Origin: Saccostrea cucullata
Lineage: Eukaryota
Direction: 5' to 3'
DNA length: 64,000 bases
Assembly (NCBI RefSeq): GCF_032062105.1
Contig: NW_026931531.1
Span: 248,001-312,000, forward strand
Position numbers and translations under genes: made by a program. This document shows positions 26,760 through 39,895 of the stretch, one piece after another (positions within the stretch are counted from its first letter, which is position 1; each line of letters begins with the position of its first letter). The notes under the pieces are model-generated. The model searched no databases and had not been told where the DNA came from. It saw nothing but the letters and a program-made list of their open reading frames with translations.

Positions 26760-29700
26760 CAATTCGACATCACTTACCCTATCGGTGTCTTTGTTGAATT
26801 ATCTTACCTTCACATAGGTTTTTAAATGAAAAAAAAAACTCATCCTGATGGTGTCTTTGATCGAAGAATGTATACTGACGGTGTCTGCACGATTAAAATT
26901 GCCCTGACGATGTCTTGTCAAAAAATTATTCTGACGACATCTTTAATTTGCGAATGAAATTACCCTGATGGAGTCTTTGATAACAATTCCGATTGAGAAT
27001 TTCATTAAAACAACAACGGAGAACTCATCTTGACATTGTATTTAATGAGAGATCGTACCTTCACGGAAAACTGACCATTAAAGTGTTTTGAGAGAACTTC
27101 CTCTGACGATGATTTGATTATACATGTACTTTCTCTGAGAAGTTATTATTATGGTTCTTTGATGAGAACCTACGCTGACTATTTCTTTAATGGTGACGCG
27201 TTTCATTGACGTAGCCTCTGATCTGATTTTAAACTTACCATTACGATACCACTTATGTATAACTCACATCGACAGAGCCTATCATGAAGAACTTTTTATG
27301 ACCGTCTTTTAGCAAATACTTACCCTGTCAGTGACTTTGATCGGTCTAAACCTTTAAGATACTTTAGCTAAAATTAATCTCAGTGCTTCCGATGAGAAAA
27401 TTAATCTGATGGTGCTAGATAAAAAACCTAAATAGACAGTGTCTGTAACAGTTGCTGCCAGTGTCTTTATTGAAGAACGTTCTTGTAGGTATCTTTGAAG
27501 AGGGAACTTACTGTGACTGTATCCATGAAGAAAGAACTGATTATGGTGATGTTTTAATGTCCCGTTTTAGCATAAGATTTTTTAATTATTGTTAAGAAGA
27601 AGTTTTTAAATTAATTACATTTGAAATACTGGTATATAAAGATAACGAACATTATTCAAGCTCAATACGATATGGTGTCTGTGATGACAGAACGTATCCC
27701 AGCGGTTTCCTTCTTGAAAAATGTACCTTTATAATATTTTAGAAGAGAGAACGAATCTGACGGTGTCTTTGTTGAGGAAATATTCCCTTGTGGTGTTTTT
27801 GATGAGACTTTGGCAGCCTTTGATGGGAGAACGCGTTCTGAAAGTGCCTTTTATGATAGTTCGTACTCAGACTGTGTCTATAGTAAGAGAACGTATCCTG
27901 GTGGTGTTTTATATATAGGAAAATATGTTTTGAGAATCGTTTTGATAAGAGAACCTTTTCTTATTGTGTCTTTGATGAAAAAAAATTCCTAACGGCTTCT
28001 CTGATAAAATAATGTACCCTGGTTTCCTTAATAAAAAAAAAGAAAATGTTTGATGAGAGAACGTTCCCTGGTGATATCTTAAATGAGAGATATATCCTGA
28101 CAGTGTTTTTAGTGAGAATAAGTACCGAATCTTTGCTCAAAGAACGTATGTTGACGGTTTCCCTGATGAGAGAACGCGTCCTAACATTGTCATTGTTGGG
28201 AGAATGTATTTTGATGTCTTGTCTTCGATGAGATAAATTGTCTTTATGGTGTCCTTTCGAGAGAACGTATCCTGAACATTTCCCTTATAAGAGAACGTAT
28301 CTTGACGGTGAAATTGATGATGGAACATATTCTAACGGCGCATGTGATGGGAGAACCTGCCATGACAGACTCTTTGATAGGAAAACGTATACTGGTGTTT
28401 TTTTTTAATGGAGTACACACTTTGACGGTGTCTTTGATGGGAGATCGTATATTGACAGTATCGTTGGTGAGAAAGCGTATCCTTACGGTATCTTTGATTA
28501 GAATACATTCACTGACGGTGTCTTTGATGAGAGATCCTAATTTTTTTTTATAAGAAAACATTCTACTACGGTTTATTATTGAAAGAACATATGATGTTGT
28601 CTTTGATAAGTAAACATACCAAGTATTCTGAAGGTGTCCTTGTGTAGAGAACAAATTCCGACGGTATTTTTGATGACAGAAAATATTTTTATGGTGTCTT
28701 TGATGAGAAAACATTTCCTGATGCTGTATTTGATGAGACCATTATATCCTGCCGGTGTCATTCATGACAAAACGTATCCTCCTTACGATGTCCATGATGA
28801 GAAATTCCCACATGTTGTCTTTGATGAGAGAACTATCCTAACTGTGTCTTTCATAAGAGACATTTCCCTTACATATATGATATAGGAAGCAAGTAATGAG
28901 TGAGTTTTCTTTTCATGGAAACGGCACGACGGTTCTAGTGTTTTTTTTATATATAAAAGAAATAGTCTTTTCGGTGTGACTGCCCTTTAAAAGAGATCCA
29001 ATCACGAAAATGTCTTTGATGAGAGAACATATCCTGATGGTGCCTTTGTAGAAAGAACGTATCCTTATGGTGTCTTTGATGAAATAACGTAACTAGGTTG
29101 TGTCTTTGATGACAGAACGTATCCTGATAATTTCCTAGATGAAACAAACGTTAACCTGAATGAATTCTTGATAGGCGAATGTCCTGATGCTCTTTTTGAC
29201 GAAAAAATAGTCCCTACGCCGTGTCTTTTATGTGAGAATGTATCCTGACAGTGTCTATGATGGATTAACGTATCCTGATGATTTCTTATTCTGACGGTGT
29301 CTTTTATTGAAGATTAAATCTTGACACTGTCTTTTATAAGAGATAATACTGTATTCTGATGGTGTCTTCGATGAGAGAATGTATCCTTGTATATTAGATC
29401 TTTGATAAGAGAACGTGTCCTGGTGGTGTTTTTGATGAGAGAACGTATACATACTAACGGTGTCTTCGATGAGAGAATGTATTCTGACGGTGTCCTTGAT
29501 AAGAGAATGTACCTTGCAGTGTTTCTGATGGGAGAACGTATTCTGACGGTGTCGCTGATTAGAAAACGTATCCTGACGGTGCCCTTGGTGAGAACGTGTC
29601 CTGACGGTGTCCTTGATGAAAAAAGTATCCTGACGGTGTCTTTGATGAGAGAGATTGTATTTTGACGGTGTCTTTGATTAGAGAACATATTCTGACGGTG

Positions 29701-32700
29701 TCTTTAATGAGAGAACATGTCCTGACGATTTCTTTGTTAAGAGAACCTATCCTGACGGTGTCTATAATGAGAGAACAAAATCTGACGGTGTCTTCGATAA
29801 GAGAACGTAGCATGACGCTGTATTTGATAAGTGAACATGTTCTGCTGGTGTCTTTGATGAGATAACGTGTCCTTACCCTGTCCCTGATGAAATAACGTAT
29901 TCTGACGGTGTCTCTGATTTGTAAAGTGTATAGTGACGTATCTTTAATGGGAAATAATATTCTTATGGTGTCTCAGATGAGAGAACGTGTCCTGACGATG
30001 CCTTATACAAGAAAACGTATTCTGACGTTTTTTTATGAGAGAACGTATCCTTCCGGTATTTTTTATATTGTGTCGATATCTTTAATGAAAGAACGTATCC
30101 TGACGGTATCTCTGATAAAAGAACGTATCCATTCGGTATCTTAAATGAGAGATTATATCCTGATGGTGTGTTTGATGTGAACGTATCCTGACGGTGTCTT
30201 TGATAAGAAAACGTATCCTTACGGTGTCTTTGATGAGAAAACGTATCCTTACGGTGTATTTTATGAGAAAACCTTTTCTAACGGTGCCTTTTATGAGAAA
30301 ATGTATCCTGACTGTGTATTTTAAGAGACCACGTATCATGACGGTGTTTTTAATGAGAGAACGTGACCTGATGGTGTCTCTAATGAGAGAACGTGTCTTG
30401 ATGGTGTCTAAAATGAGAGAACAAAATCTGACGATGTCCCTGATGAGAGAACGTATCATGACGGTGTTTTTGATGAGTGAACGTATCATTGCGGCATTTT
30501 TGATGTGAGAACGTATCCTTACGGTATCCTTGATAAGAAAACCTTTTTCTGACGTTGTCTGTAATGAGAAAACGTGTCCTTACTCCTACTGGTGTCTTTG
30601 ATGAAAGGAACGTATCCTGGCGGTGTCTTTGATGAGATAAAGTATTCTAACGGTGTCTCTGATGAAAGAACGTATCCTGACGGTATCTTCAATGGGAAAT
30701 ACAATTCTTACGGTATTTTTGTGAGAGAACGTGTCCTGACGGTGTCTTTGATCAGAGAAAGTATCCTGACGGTGCCTTTGGCAAAAAAAGGAACTGGTGG
30801 TGTCTTTCATAAAAGAATGTATCCTGGGGTGTCTTTGATGAGAAAAGGTATTCTGAAGGTGTTTTCGATGGGAAAACGTATTCTGTTGGTGCCTTTGGTG
30901 AGAAAATGCATTCCGAAAGTTTCTTTGATGAGAGAACGAATCATGACGGTGTCTTTGATGAGAAAACGTATTCTGACGTTGTTTTTGATAAGAGAATGTA
31001 TCCTGACTGGTGAGAGAACGTATACTGACGTTGTCTTAGAAGAAGGAACGTATCCTGACGGTGTCTTTAATTAAAGAATGTATCCTTACGTTATCTTTTA
31101 TGGGAGAGTATATCATGACGTTGTTAGTGTCTTTGTTTAGAGAACGAATACTGACGGTGTCATTGATTAGAAAACGTATCTTGATGGTGTCTTTCATGAG
31201 TGAACGTATTTTGACGTTGTCTATAATTAGAAACGTATCCTGGCGGTGAGTCTGATAAGAGAACGTATTCTGACGGTGTCTTTGATGAGAGAGCGTATCC
31301 TGACGGTTATTAAACTTATTCTGACTGTGTCTTTGATTAGAAAAAGTGTCCTCTTGATATCTTTAATTGAAGATTGTATTCTGACGATATCTTTAATGAG
31401 AGAACCTGTCTTGACGGTATTTTTGATGAGAGAACGTATACATGCTAACGGTGTCTTTTTGAGAAAAAGTATTCTGACGGTTTCTTTGATGAGAGAACGT
31501 ATCCTTACGGTATTTTTGATATTGTGTCAGTATCTTTAATGAAAGAACGTATCCTGACGGTATCTCTGATGAAAGAATGTATCCATACGGTATCTTAAAT
31601 GAGAGATTATATCCTGATGGTGTGTTTGATGTGAACGTATCCTGACGGTGTCTTTGATAAGAAAACGTATCCTTACGGTGTCTTTGATGAGAAAACGTAT
31701 CCTTACGGTGTCTTTGATGAGAAAACGTATCCTTACGGTGTATTTTATAAGAAAACCTTTTCTAACGGTGCTTTTTATGAGAAAACGTATCCTGACTGTG
31801 TATCTTAAGAGACAACGTATTCTGACGGTGTCGTTGATTAGAAAACGTATCCTGACTGTGTCCTTGATGAAAAAGTATCCTGACGGTGTCTTTGATGAGA
31901 GAGATTGTATTTTGACGGTGTCTTTGATTAGAAAACATATTCTGATAGTGTCTTTAATTAGAAAACGTATCCTGACGGTGTCTCTTATGAAAGAACATGT
32001 CCTGACGATTTCTTTGTTGAGAGAACTTATTCTGACGGTGTCTCTAATGAGAGAACAAAATCTTACGGTGTCTTTGATAAAAGAACGGGTCCTGACGGTG
32101 TCTTTGATAAGTGAACGTGTCCTGGTGGTGTCTTTCATGAGAGAACTTTCCTTATGCTGTCCCTGATAAAATAACGTATTTTGACGGTTTTTCATATATA
32201 TTAAGTGTATACACGTATATACTATGTGTATAATGACGGTATCTTTAATGATAGATAATATCAATATGGTGTCTCGGATGAGAGAACGTGCCCTGACGAT
32301 GTCTTTCATAATAAAACGTATTCTGACGGTTTCTTTGATGAGAGAATGTATTCTTACGGTATTTTTTATATTGTGTCGGTATCTCTAATGAAAGAACGTA
32401 TTGTGATGGTATACGTATCTCTGATGAAAGAATGTATCCATACGGTATCTCAAATGAGAGATTATATCCTGATGGTGTGTTTGATGTGAACGTATCCTGA
32501 CGGTGTTCTTGATGAGAAAAAGCATCATGACGGTGTTTTTGATTTTTTGAACGTATCCTTACGGTATTTTGATGAGAGAAGGTATTCTGACGGTATTTTT
32601 GAAAAGAAAACGTTTTTTCTGACGTTGTCTTTAATGAGAAAACTTGTCCTTACTCCTATTGGTGTCTTTGATGAAAGGAACGTATCTTGGCGGTGTCTTT

Positions 32701-34843
32701 GATGAAATAAAATATTCTATAGGTGTCTCTGATGAAAAAACGTATCCTGACGGTATCTTCAATGGGGAATTATATTCTTACTGTATTTTTGATGAGAGAA
32801 CGTGTCCTGACAGTGTCTTTGATTAAAGAACGTATCCTGATGGTGTCTTTGATGAGAAATCGAATCCTGACGAAATCTTTGATTAGAGAACGTATTCTTA
32901 CGGTGCTTTTGGTACAAGAACGTATTCTGGTGATGTCTGATAAGAGAATTTATCCTAGGTGTCTGATGAGAAGGTATTCTGAAGGTGTTTTTGATGAGAA
33001 AATGCATTCTGACAGTGTTTTTGATGAGAGAGCGAATCACGAAGGTGTCTTTGATGAGAAAATGTATCCTTACGTTGTCTCTGATGAGATAACGTATACT
33101 GACGGTGTCTTTGATGAGAAAACGTATCCTGACCGTGTATTTGATGAGAAAACATATCCTGACTGTATCTTATGATAGAACGTATCCTGACGGTTTGTTG
33201 AGAGAACATGTCCTGACGGTGTCTCTAATAAGAGAACGATATCTGACGGTGTCTTTGATAAGTGAACTTATCCTGTCTTTGTCTTTGATGAGAAAACGTA
33301 TCCTGATTGTGTTTTTGATATTCTGGCGGTGTCTTTGATTAGAAAACGTGTCCTTACTTCTGGCGGTGTCTTTGGTGAGAGATGGTATTCTGACAGTGTC
33401 TCTGATGAAAGAACGTATCCTGACGGTATCTTTCATGAGATTTTATATCTTTACGGTATTTTTTTTTTATGAGAGAACGTGTCCTGACGGTGTTTTTGAC
33501 AAGAGAACGTATCCTGATGATGTCTTTGGTGATAAAACGTATTCTGAGGTGTCTTTGAAGCGAGAACATATCCTTACGGTGTCTTTATAGAAGATGATAT
33601 CCTGACATTGTCTTAAATGAGAGAACGTATCCTGACAGTGTCTTTGATGAGAAAACGTATTCTGACGATGTCTTTGATTATAGAAATCCTGACGGTGCCT
33701 TTTGAAAAAAAATGTATTCTGATGGTCTTTGATTATAGAATGTATCCTTTGTGTCTTTGATGAGAAAAGGTATTCTGACGGTGCCTTAGGTGAGAAAATG
33801 TATTCTGAGAGTGTCTTTGATGAGAGAACATATCCTTACGGTGACTCTGATGAGAGAACGTATACAAATGATGTCACTGATTAGAGAATGTATCCTGACG
33901 ATGTCTTTGATGAGACAACGTATCTTAGGGTGTCTTTGATGAGAAAAGGTATCCTGGCAGTTTTTCGATGAGAAAATGTATTCTGACGCTATCTTTGACA
34001 ATGGGACTTAATTACTCTGACGTGTCTTTGAAAGGAGAACGTACCTTACAGTATCTTTGATGAGAAAACGTCCATTCACAGTTTCTTTACTCGGAAAAAA
34101 CCCCACCACATCCTGATATATCTCTGAATTAAAATTTACTTTGACGGTCTCATTGATGAAATGATGAACCATTTCTTCAATGACAGAACTGAAGATGATT
34201 TGAGTGTTTTACTTTGAACCTATTTGTCACCATATAAACAATACTTTTATTAGATATATCTTACCTTGACGGTGTATTGAATAAAATAATTTATAACATT
34301 CATCACTGTAAATCATCAATTTTCTATATCTTCACCTTTTAAACCTTTATCTTAATGGCGTCTTTCATTTGATAACTTACCAAGTCAATATCTGTGTTGT
34401 ACATGTTTGCCTTAGCCTGGTGGTGTCTTTAATGTAGAACTTATCCGATGATCGCCGTTGAGAAAACATACCCTGGTGTTTGTCTGATCAGAGAACTTAT
34501 CCATACGTACGGTGTCTCGATTTAAAAAAAACTTACCCTGATAGTGTTTTGGGGTGCCTTTGATATATAACTTGATTGTTGAAGTATAGATTATAAGTAT
34601 CAATGACTTTGAAAGTAGTGATTATCTGTTAATACTTTATTTTAACTTTGTCTTTGACATTGGTGACTGTCTTTCAGAACTTGCTTTATCGTTGTCTTTG
34701 ATACCTGCCTGGTACTATCTGTTAATTAGTACTTATTTTGTCGTTGTCTATGATCCTATTGGCTTTTTTGTGTCTGATAGGTCTTAACACCAAGGGACTG
34801 GGCAAATACTTACGGTTCAGTTGTCATTAAAAGAAATGCTTAC
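26760..34843. repeat. ~8-kb 30-bp minisatellite (~270 units), consensus GATGAGAGAACGTATCCTGACGGTGTCTTT, lying inside the distal intron of the LRR gene
   Basis: 30-nt periodicity, seen in the ORF track as 10-aa repeats MRERILTVSL / IKDTVRIRSL. Homogeneous core, degenerate edges and internal block duplications. Confidence 0.95.
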
Positions 34844-34927
34844 CCTACCAGTATCTCTGACGCTAGAGTAGTCGGTTTTTGTTCGTTCTTTCGATCGTCT
34901 CTGTTTTCTCGGTCGTGATCTCTGACT
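34844..34927 (-). CDS. Putative alternative penultimate exon of the LRR gene (SQRSRPRKQRRSKERTKTDYSSVRDTGR)
   Basis: Acceptor CATCTTTTAG, donor AGG|GTAAGC, 84 nt, phase 0-0. The C-terminal KTDYSSVRDTGR matches KTDYSSIKDTDR of exon 36472-36404. Confidence 0.75.
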
Positions 34928-35816
34928 CTAAAAGATGTGTAATATTATTGATTTTTATTTTTTTTTTCGCTGAAGGTTGTCATAGATTATGTTTTTCATT
35001 TACTTTTGGGGTTTCTAAGGATGTATAAAATTTCAATTTTCAACGCACCTTTTTCCAAATTCCAACTTCTCCAGGTAAAAATTTATCACAAAAGCTTTAA
35101 AAAAAATTTGGTAAGTTTGGAAAACGATCCAAAAATAGAAATTTTGATTTGGAATTCCAAGAGATTCATACGAGTCCTTTCGTTTCACCTGAGTATCGCA
35201 TATTTCTCTAGTTATGGTCAACAAATTCTTACCTGTGAGTGAACCTGTGTAATATGGATTAACTATTTGTTGAAGTATTTTTTTTCTTTACTACACTGAA
35301 TGAGCTTTTTAAAGGCTTAAAAGCGTGAAAACATGGTAAAGATCTTAAATATATGATCAGCATGCACTGAATCCTTGGGACGCAATCTTTCATTGCTTGA
35401 TAAAGGTGTCACAATGTGTGAAGTGATGTTCAAGTATATATTGCCTTTCAAAGAGATCAACAATTCCGTTTTACTTAACTCTGGTATCTTGAAATCCAGT
35501 CTAAATTGTAATTGTCATACCAAACACAATGATCAATTCTTTGATTATTTAAAAAATCATAACAAACAACAAACGCTGCTATTATTTTTTTTACTTCTTT
35601 ATTACTTTTCCTATTTCTCTTTGATATTCTGATTAATATAATGCATCTGTCTTGTGATGTCTGTTCATCAGTGGTTTATGTGATAAACGTGATGAAAAAT
35701 GAAATGAGGAAGACAGATTCTGTTTCACTAAGCAGTGTATTGTGAGCATGTGGCTGTAACTGCGCACAGTGAAACAAATAATGGCTTCTGTGACGTGATG
35801 ATGCAAACAATCTCTG

Positions 35817-38800
35817 TCATGTGCCCTCTCGTGATAGTTCTTTTGAAGCAAACTGTAACAGCTGAAAATACGCAAAGTAAGGAAGACAGGTGAAATGCGT
35901 TGTGAACACAACGAAATGTCTATCCTTTTGTTGTGTTAAAAATAATGAATTTACTAATTGGAGTAAAATTCTAAATATACAATATTGCATTTGTTGCGAA
36001 TATTTGAATACAGTTTGTGGCTTTGACGTAAAAATGCAGAATTAAAGCATATTTATTTATTTCTATCGACATTTTTTTTAGTTTTTGTAAACAAATACTA
36101 GTATGTTTTAAAATATAAGGATATTATATTTGAAATATTTAATTAATTTCTCAATATTCATTCCAAGGTACTTACATGTGTATATATATAATGATTATAT
36201 AATGAATGCTAATTTGCCTGACTATTTAACTTGCCATTGTACAACTTTGGCATATGCAAAGGAGATAATTGAACAAATAGGAAACTGCTATGGTTTTTTT
36301 TTTATTTGTAACACATTTCATGAATATTTCTCCATTGAAATGAAACAAAAGCTGTTTAAAGTTGCTATTCAGATAATATTTTATATTAATGACATACACG
36401 TACCCTGTCTGTGTCTTTGATACTGGAGTAGTCTGTCTTTGGATGGTGGTGGTGATGGTGGTGTTTTCTCCCCTACAAACCAAAATTTCAAACCAGTCTA
36501 AAGAAACTGCTAACTGGATTCTAGGGTATTATTCGTTTTGTTAGAGCCAAGAAATAAATAGTTTGCCTGAGGTCATTAAATTGAAGGCAACCAGATTGAT
36601 ATGATAGATTAAAAAAAATGTACCAGTATTTGTCTAAGAGCACATTCAATAATTTTGTTTTGTTTTGCTGTTCATGGATTCCAAGATGTAAATTTCTGTA
36701 CAATTTATTTTGTTGCAGGCAAACATCAACAAATTCAAATTAAATAAGATTGATCTCACAAGCAGCATAAAAAAAATGTTACAGCAGTCCAATATCTCAT
36801 CATGTTATACCTTTAAAAATGATTTTCTTATGAATAAATCCTTGATATAAGGTCTAAAAACAAACTTTAAAGGTGTAACAATACAAACTGTAAATCTTTA
36901 TAGTAATGAGGATGAACTTTGGGTGTATTTAGGTATCTAGACTGACCTGCCAGACCTTCCCGTGGGGTGTCCCGATGCTGTCTCGGATGTGATCTCTCTG
37001 GACCCCTGACGATTCAGTGGCAGATAAATTGTCCAGATATCTGAACATACAAATAATCAAACATTCTGAAATATTAATTGCAATATCCAAGTATATAGAT
37101 AATCTGGATGGTCCTTGATAAACAAATGCCTCACCTCAAACAAGCTTCCAGGTCTGTCTTTAACTTCTCCTCATAATCCAGGTATTCATTCTGTAGACTC
37201 CTGTCGTTAACATTCAGAAAAAAACAAGTCAAACATTAATATCCAGATCAAAGCCCTAAATAACACTTAAAATGTATGTATCTTTAAATTTATATCTGCA
37301 CCAAAGCAGAGTGCTACTACAGATAACATTAAGCCATACACAATCCTCCTTTGTAGGAAGTTGATGTTTTCGTCCATCTTAGCTCTGGATTCTTTCATGC
37401 GTTCTTCGAATGCCTGTTTGGCTGCGTCTTTTAAAGCGTTGATATTCTGAATGTGTCGACTAGCACCAGGATCGTGTTCTACCTGGAACAAAGATTGTCA
37501 ACCAGCATACAATAAAATCTTATCTAGTTCATTAGAGTTAGGGCTAGAAAATTTACAACTGGGAATATTTCCATCTCTTGTTCATGTACTCACACTGACT
37601 GTTGGTTTAGGTAGTGGACGGACTGCTATATTGTCCAGGGTTTTTATGCTGGTTTCCTTTAGGATGTCAGTCTGGTACATTCTATCTCTTTCTATTGGGT
37701 TACCCTTCAAATGATTAGTATATTACAGTAATTTTATTGTTAGAAATAAAATTTGTTACCAAAATATAGATAAATTAGCAAATTAATGAAACAGTGAATA
37801 AACTGTATAGAGACAAAGTATTTGTACATATTTTAACTCTCATGGGTACTAAAGGGAAAAAAGGGGAAAAACTGTTGCCTTACATGTAGAGAGAGAACAT
37901 CCAGCCTCTTCAGTTGACCTAGGACCCCCACAGCATTGTGAAGGGAGTGGATTCTGTTACCAGACAGATTCAGGATCTGTAGATGGAAGCAGCTGGTCAG
38001 GGGAATCATTTCTGTCTGGAAGAATAACAATGAAAAGATTAACATCCAAAAATATTGTAATGTTTCATGGAAATTTCAAAGGTCATCTAAGTTTGCAATG
38101 TTTAAGATTACTTTGACTTACAAGTTACATTTCCTCGCTTCTAATTCATACATTCATCTTAATTACCTGGTCATGTAACCGCTTTGTACCTACCACTTCA
38201 TTCCTTTGTGCGTACAATTCTCGTAGTTGTGGTAATGCTTGTACACCATCCAGGGACTTGATCTACAAAAAAATATAGCTATACATGTATTTATCTATTT
38301 CCAATCATTTTGTTGATTATATTATTTTGAAGAAGGAGAGAACAATAACTCATTGCACCATTTTATAATAAAATAAATCATGGCATTCTAACATTTTTAA
38401 TGTTAAAAAAAAAATATTTCATTTAGTTATATCTAGTTTATTTGCCAAAAAATATTAGTACTTATTTAGATTCCTTTGGACTGCAGTACAAGACAGAAAT
38501 AAGTTTTACACCAAAGTGTATACTGATACCTTATTATTATTCAGGTTGAGGATCTGCAGGTTCATCATGCTTGGCATGTATGATATATCTTCCAGTTCGT
38601 TCATGCTTAGATTCAACTCAACCAAGGAACTACTTCTCACAAGGTTCTCAATTTGAGAGATAGAATTGTGGGATAAATTCAGTGAATACAACTTTTTACA
38701 CACCTCTATACCTATGAACCTGAAATAACAGAAAATGGCTAGGTAGGATAAAATATAGTATATCAGTTAAACTTGTGAGGAAGCATGCAGTTATAAACTG

Positions 38801-39785
38801 GATGTTTTATTCACATTCATTGATGGCTGTTGTATAAAATTTTCCCAAATTTGAACATCATTGTGTGTTTTTGATTTAGCTGATTTTGACTTGGGCTTCT
38901 GAAGCAAAAAGTTTATGCTATGAATACGGATCAATATTAAATTTTCATGATTTCAAAAATAGAGCAAAAAATAAAACAATTCATTTATATTCATTGTATA
39001 TCTTTATAAAAACATTTTTCATATAACATTCCTCATGTTCCTGTTTCCATGAAAAGGGATTAATTAAATATTCATACTTACTTGTTTATTTTGTTCAGTG
39101 ATGCATTCAGTTCTCGTAGATTCTGAAAAGGGAGGAAACTCTCATGCTCTAAGGAAGACAACTCATTTAAGGATATGTCCATCTTGAGGATTCGAGAGGG
39201 CATGTCAATCACAGAGGACAATCTGGCCTGGGGTTCTCTGTTAGAAAGTTTGGTTTTACAGTAACAATGATAATTATAGTAGACACTCTCATTTGAACAT
39301 ATTAGATTAAACATTAAAATACAAAATATATCAAAATACAAAATCTCCCGACTTGAATATTTAAGATTTACATAGACCAGTTCTGGCACCTAAGGCATAT
39401 AAAGTATGAAGTACCACGCTAAAAAGGAACTAAAAGTCGATACATGACATTCTTGAAGAAAATAATTCTCTATTAGGCCTATTATAAAGATTACTTGAAT
39501 AATGTGTATCAAAAATTAATAACCTTTCTTTAAAATATCAATAGAGAAGTGGACTGCCTTTTGAAATGCCTTAAGTCAATAGCGTGTCCAACTCTCTAAA
39601 GTGAATGAATCAATCTCAAACCTTTCATCTCCCCAGTGGAAGCTGAACACAATATCTCTCAGCTGGCACATCTTTAAATCTAGCTCATAGTTACCACCCT
39701 TTGTTTCTACTCCCCATTCGGCAGGTTGTAAAGTGAGGGGATGAATTCTTCTCTCTACAAAATCTTGTGTCAGTTGCTTAGCCAT
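35817..39785 (-). CDS. Leucine-rich-repeat protein (SDS22-like LRRs, LRRcap, C-terminal coiled coil, His tract)
   Basis: Exons 39785-39622, 39237-39082, 38719-38530, 38262-38194, 38015-37884, 37704-37594, 37482-37340, 37200-37135, 37040-36947, 36472-36404 and 35861-35817 join in frame. LRRs LRELNASLNKI, LYSLNLSHNSI, LVELNLSMNEL, LQILNLNNNKI, LQILNLSGNRI, and cap LSLHGNPIER..Y...IKTLDN. Confidence 0.88.
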
Positions 39786-39859
39786 GTTATCACTTGCTGT
39801 GATGGCCCCGAAAAATCAATTATAAATACAATTTTCCCCCTAAATCAGTAAATGTTAAA

Positions 39860-39895
39860 AAATTGTTTACATTAGTTTCCTTGGAACGGAAGTAA
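39860..39895. promoter_or_regulatory. Candidate forkhead, RFX X-box and ETS motifs in the divergent LRR/GCKR promoter
   Basis: TGTTTACA (39864), GTTTCCTTGGAAC (39875) and CGGAAGT (39887), about 80-110 nt upstream of the LRR ATG. Confidence 0.35.

Noticed and set aside
27721-34001. Dozens of ORFs with 10-aa repeats (MRERILTVSL, IKDTVRIRSL, DERTYPDGVF, HQRHRQDTFS)
   Set aside because: By-product of a 30-bp unit that is stop-free in five of six frames. Frequent frameshifts and stops, and no splice structure.
26760-34843. CRISPR array or tandem hammerhead ribozymes (CTGATGA...GAAA-like words)
   Set aside because: There are no unique spacers, no cas genes and the context is eukaryotic. CTGATGA is only an occasional variant, with no consistent stems I-III.
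35310-35500. Minus-strand open frame LDFKIPELSK... as an LRR terminal exon
   Set aside because: The phase is incompatible with the preceding phase-0 exon, and it shows no similarity to the duplicated cassette.
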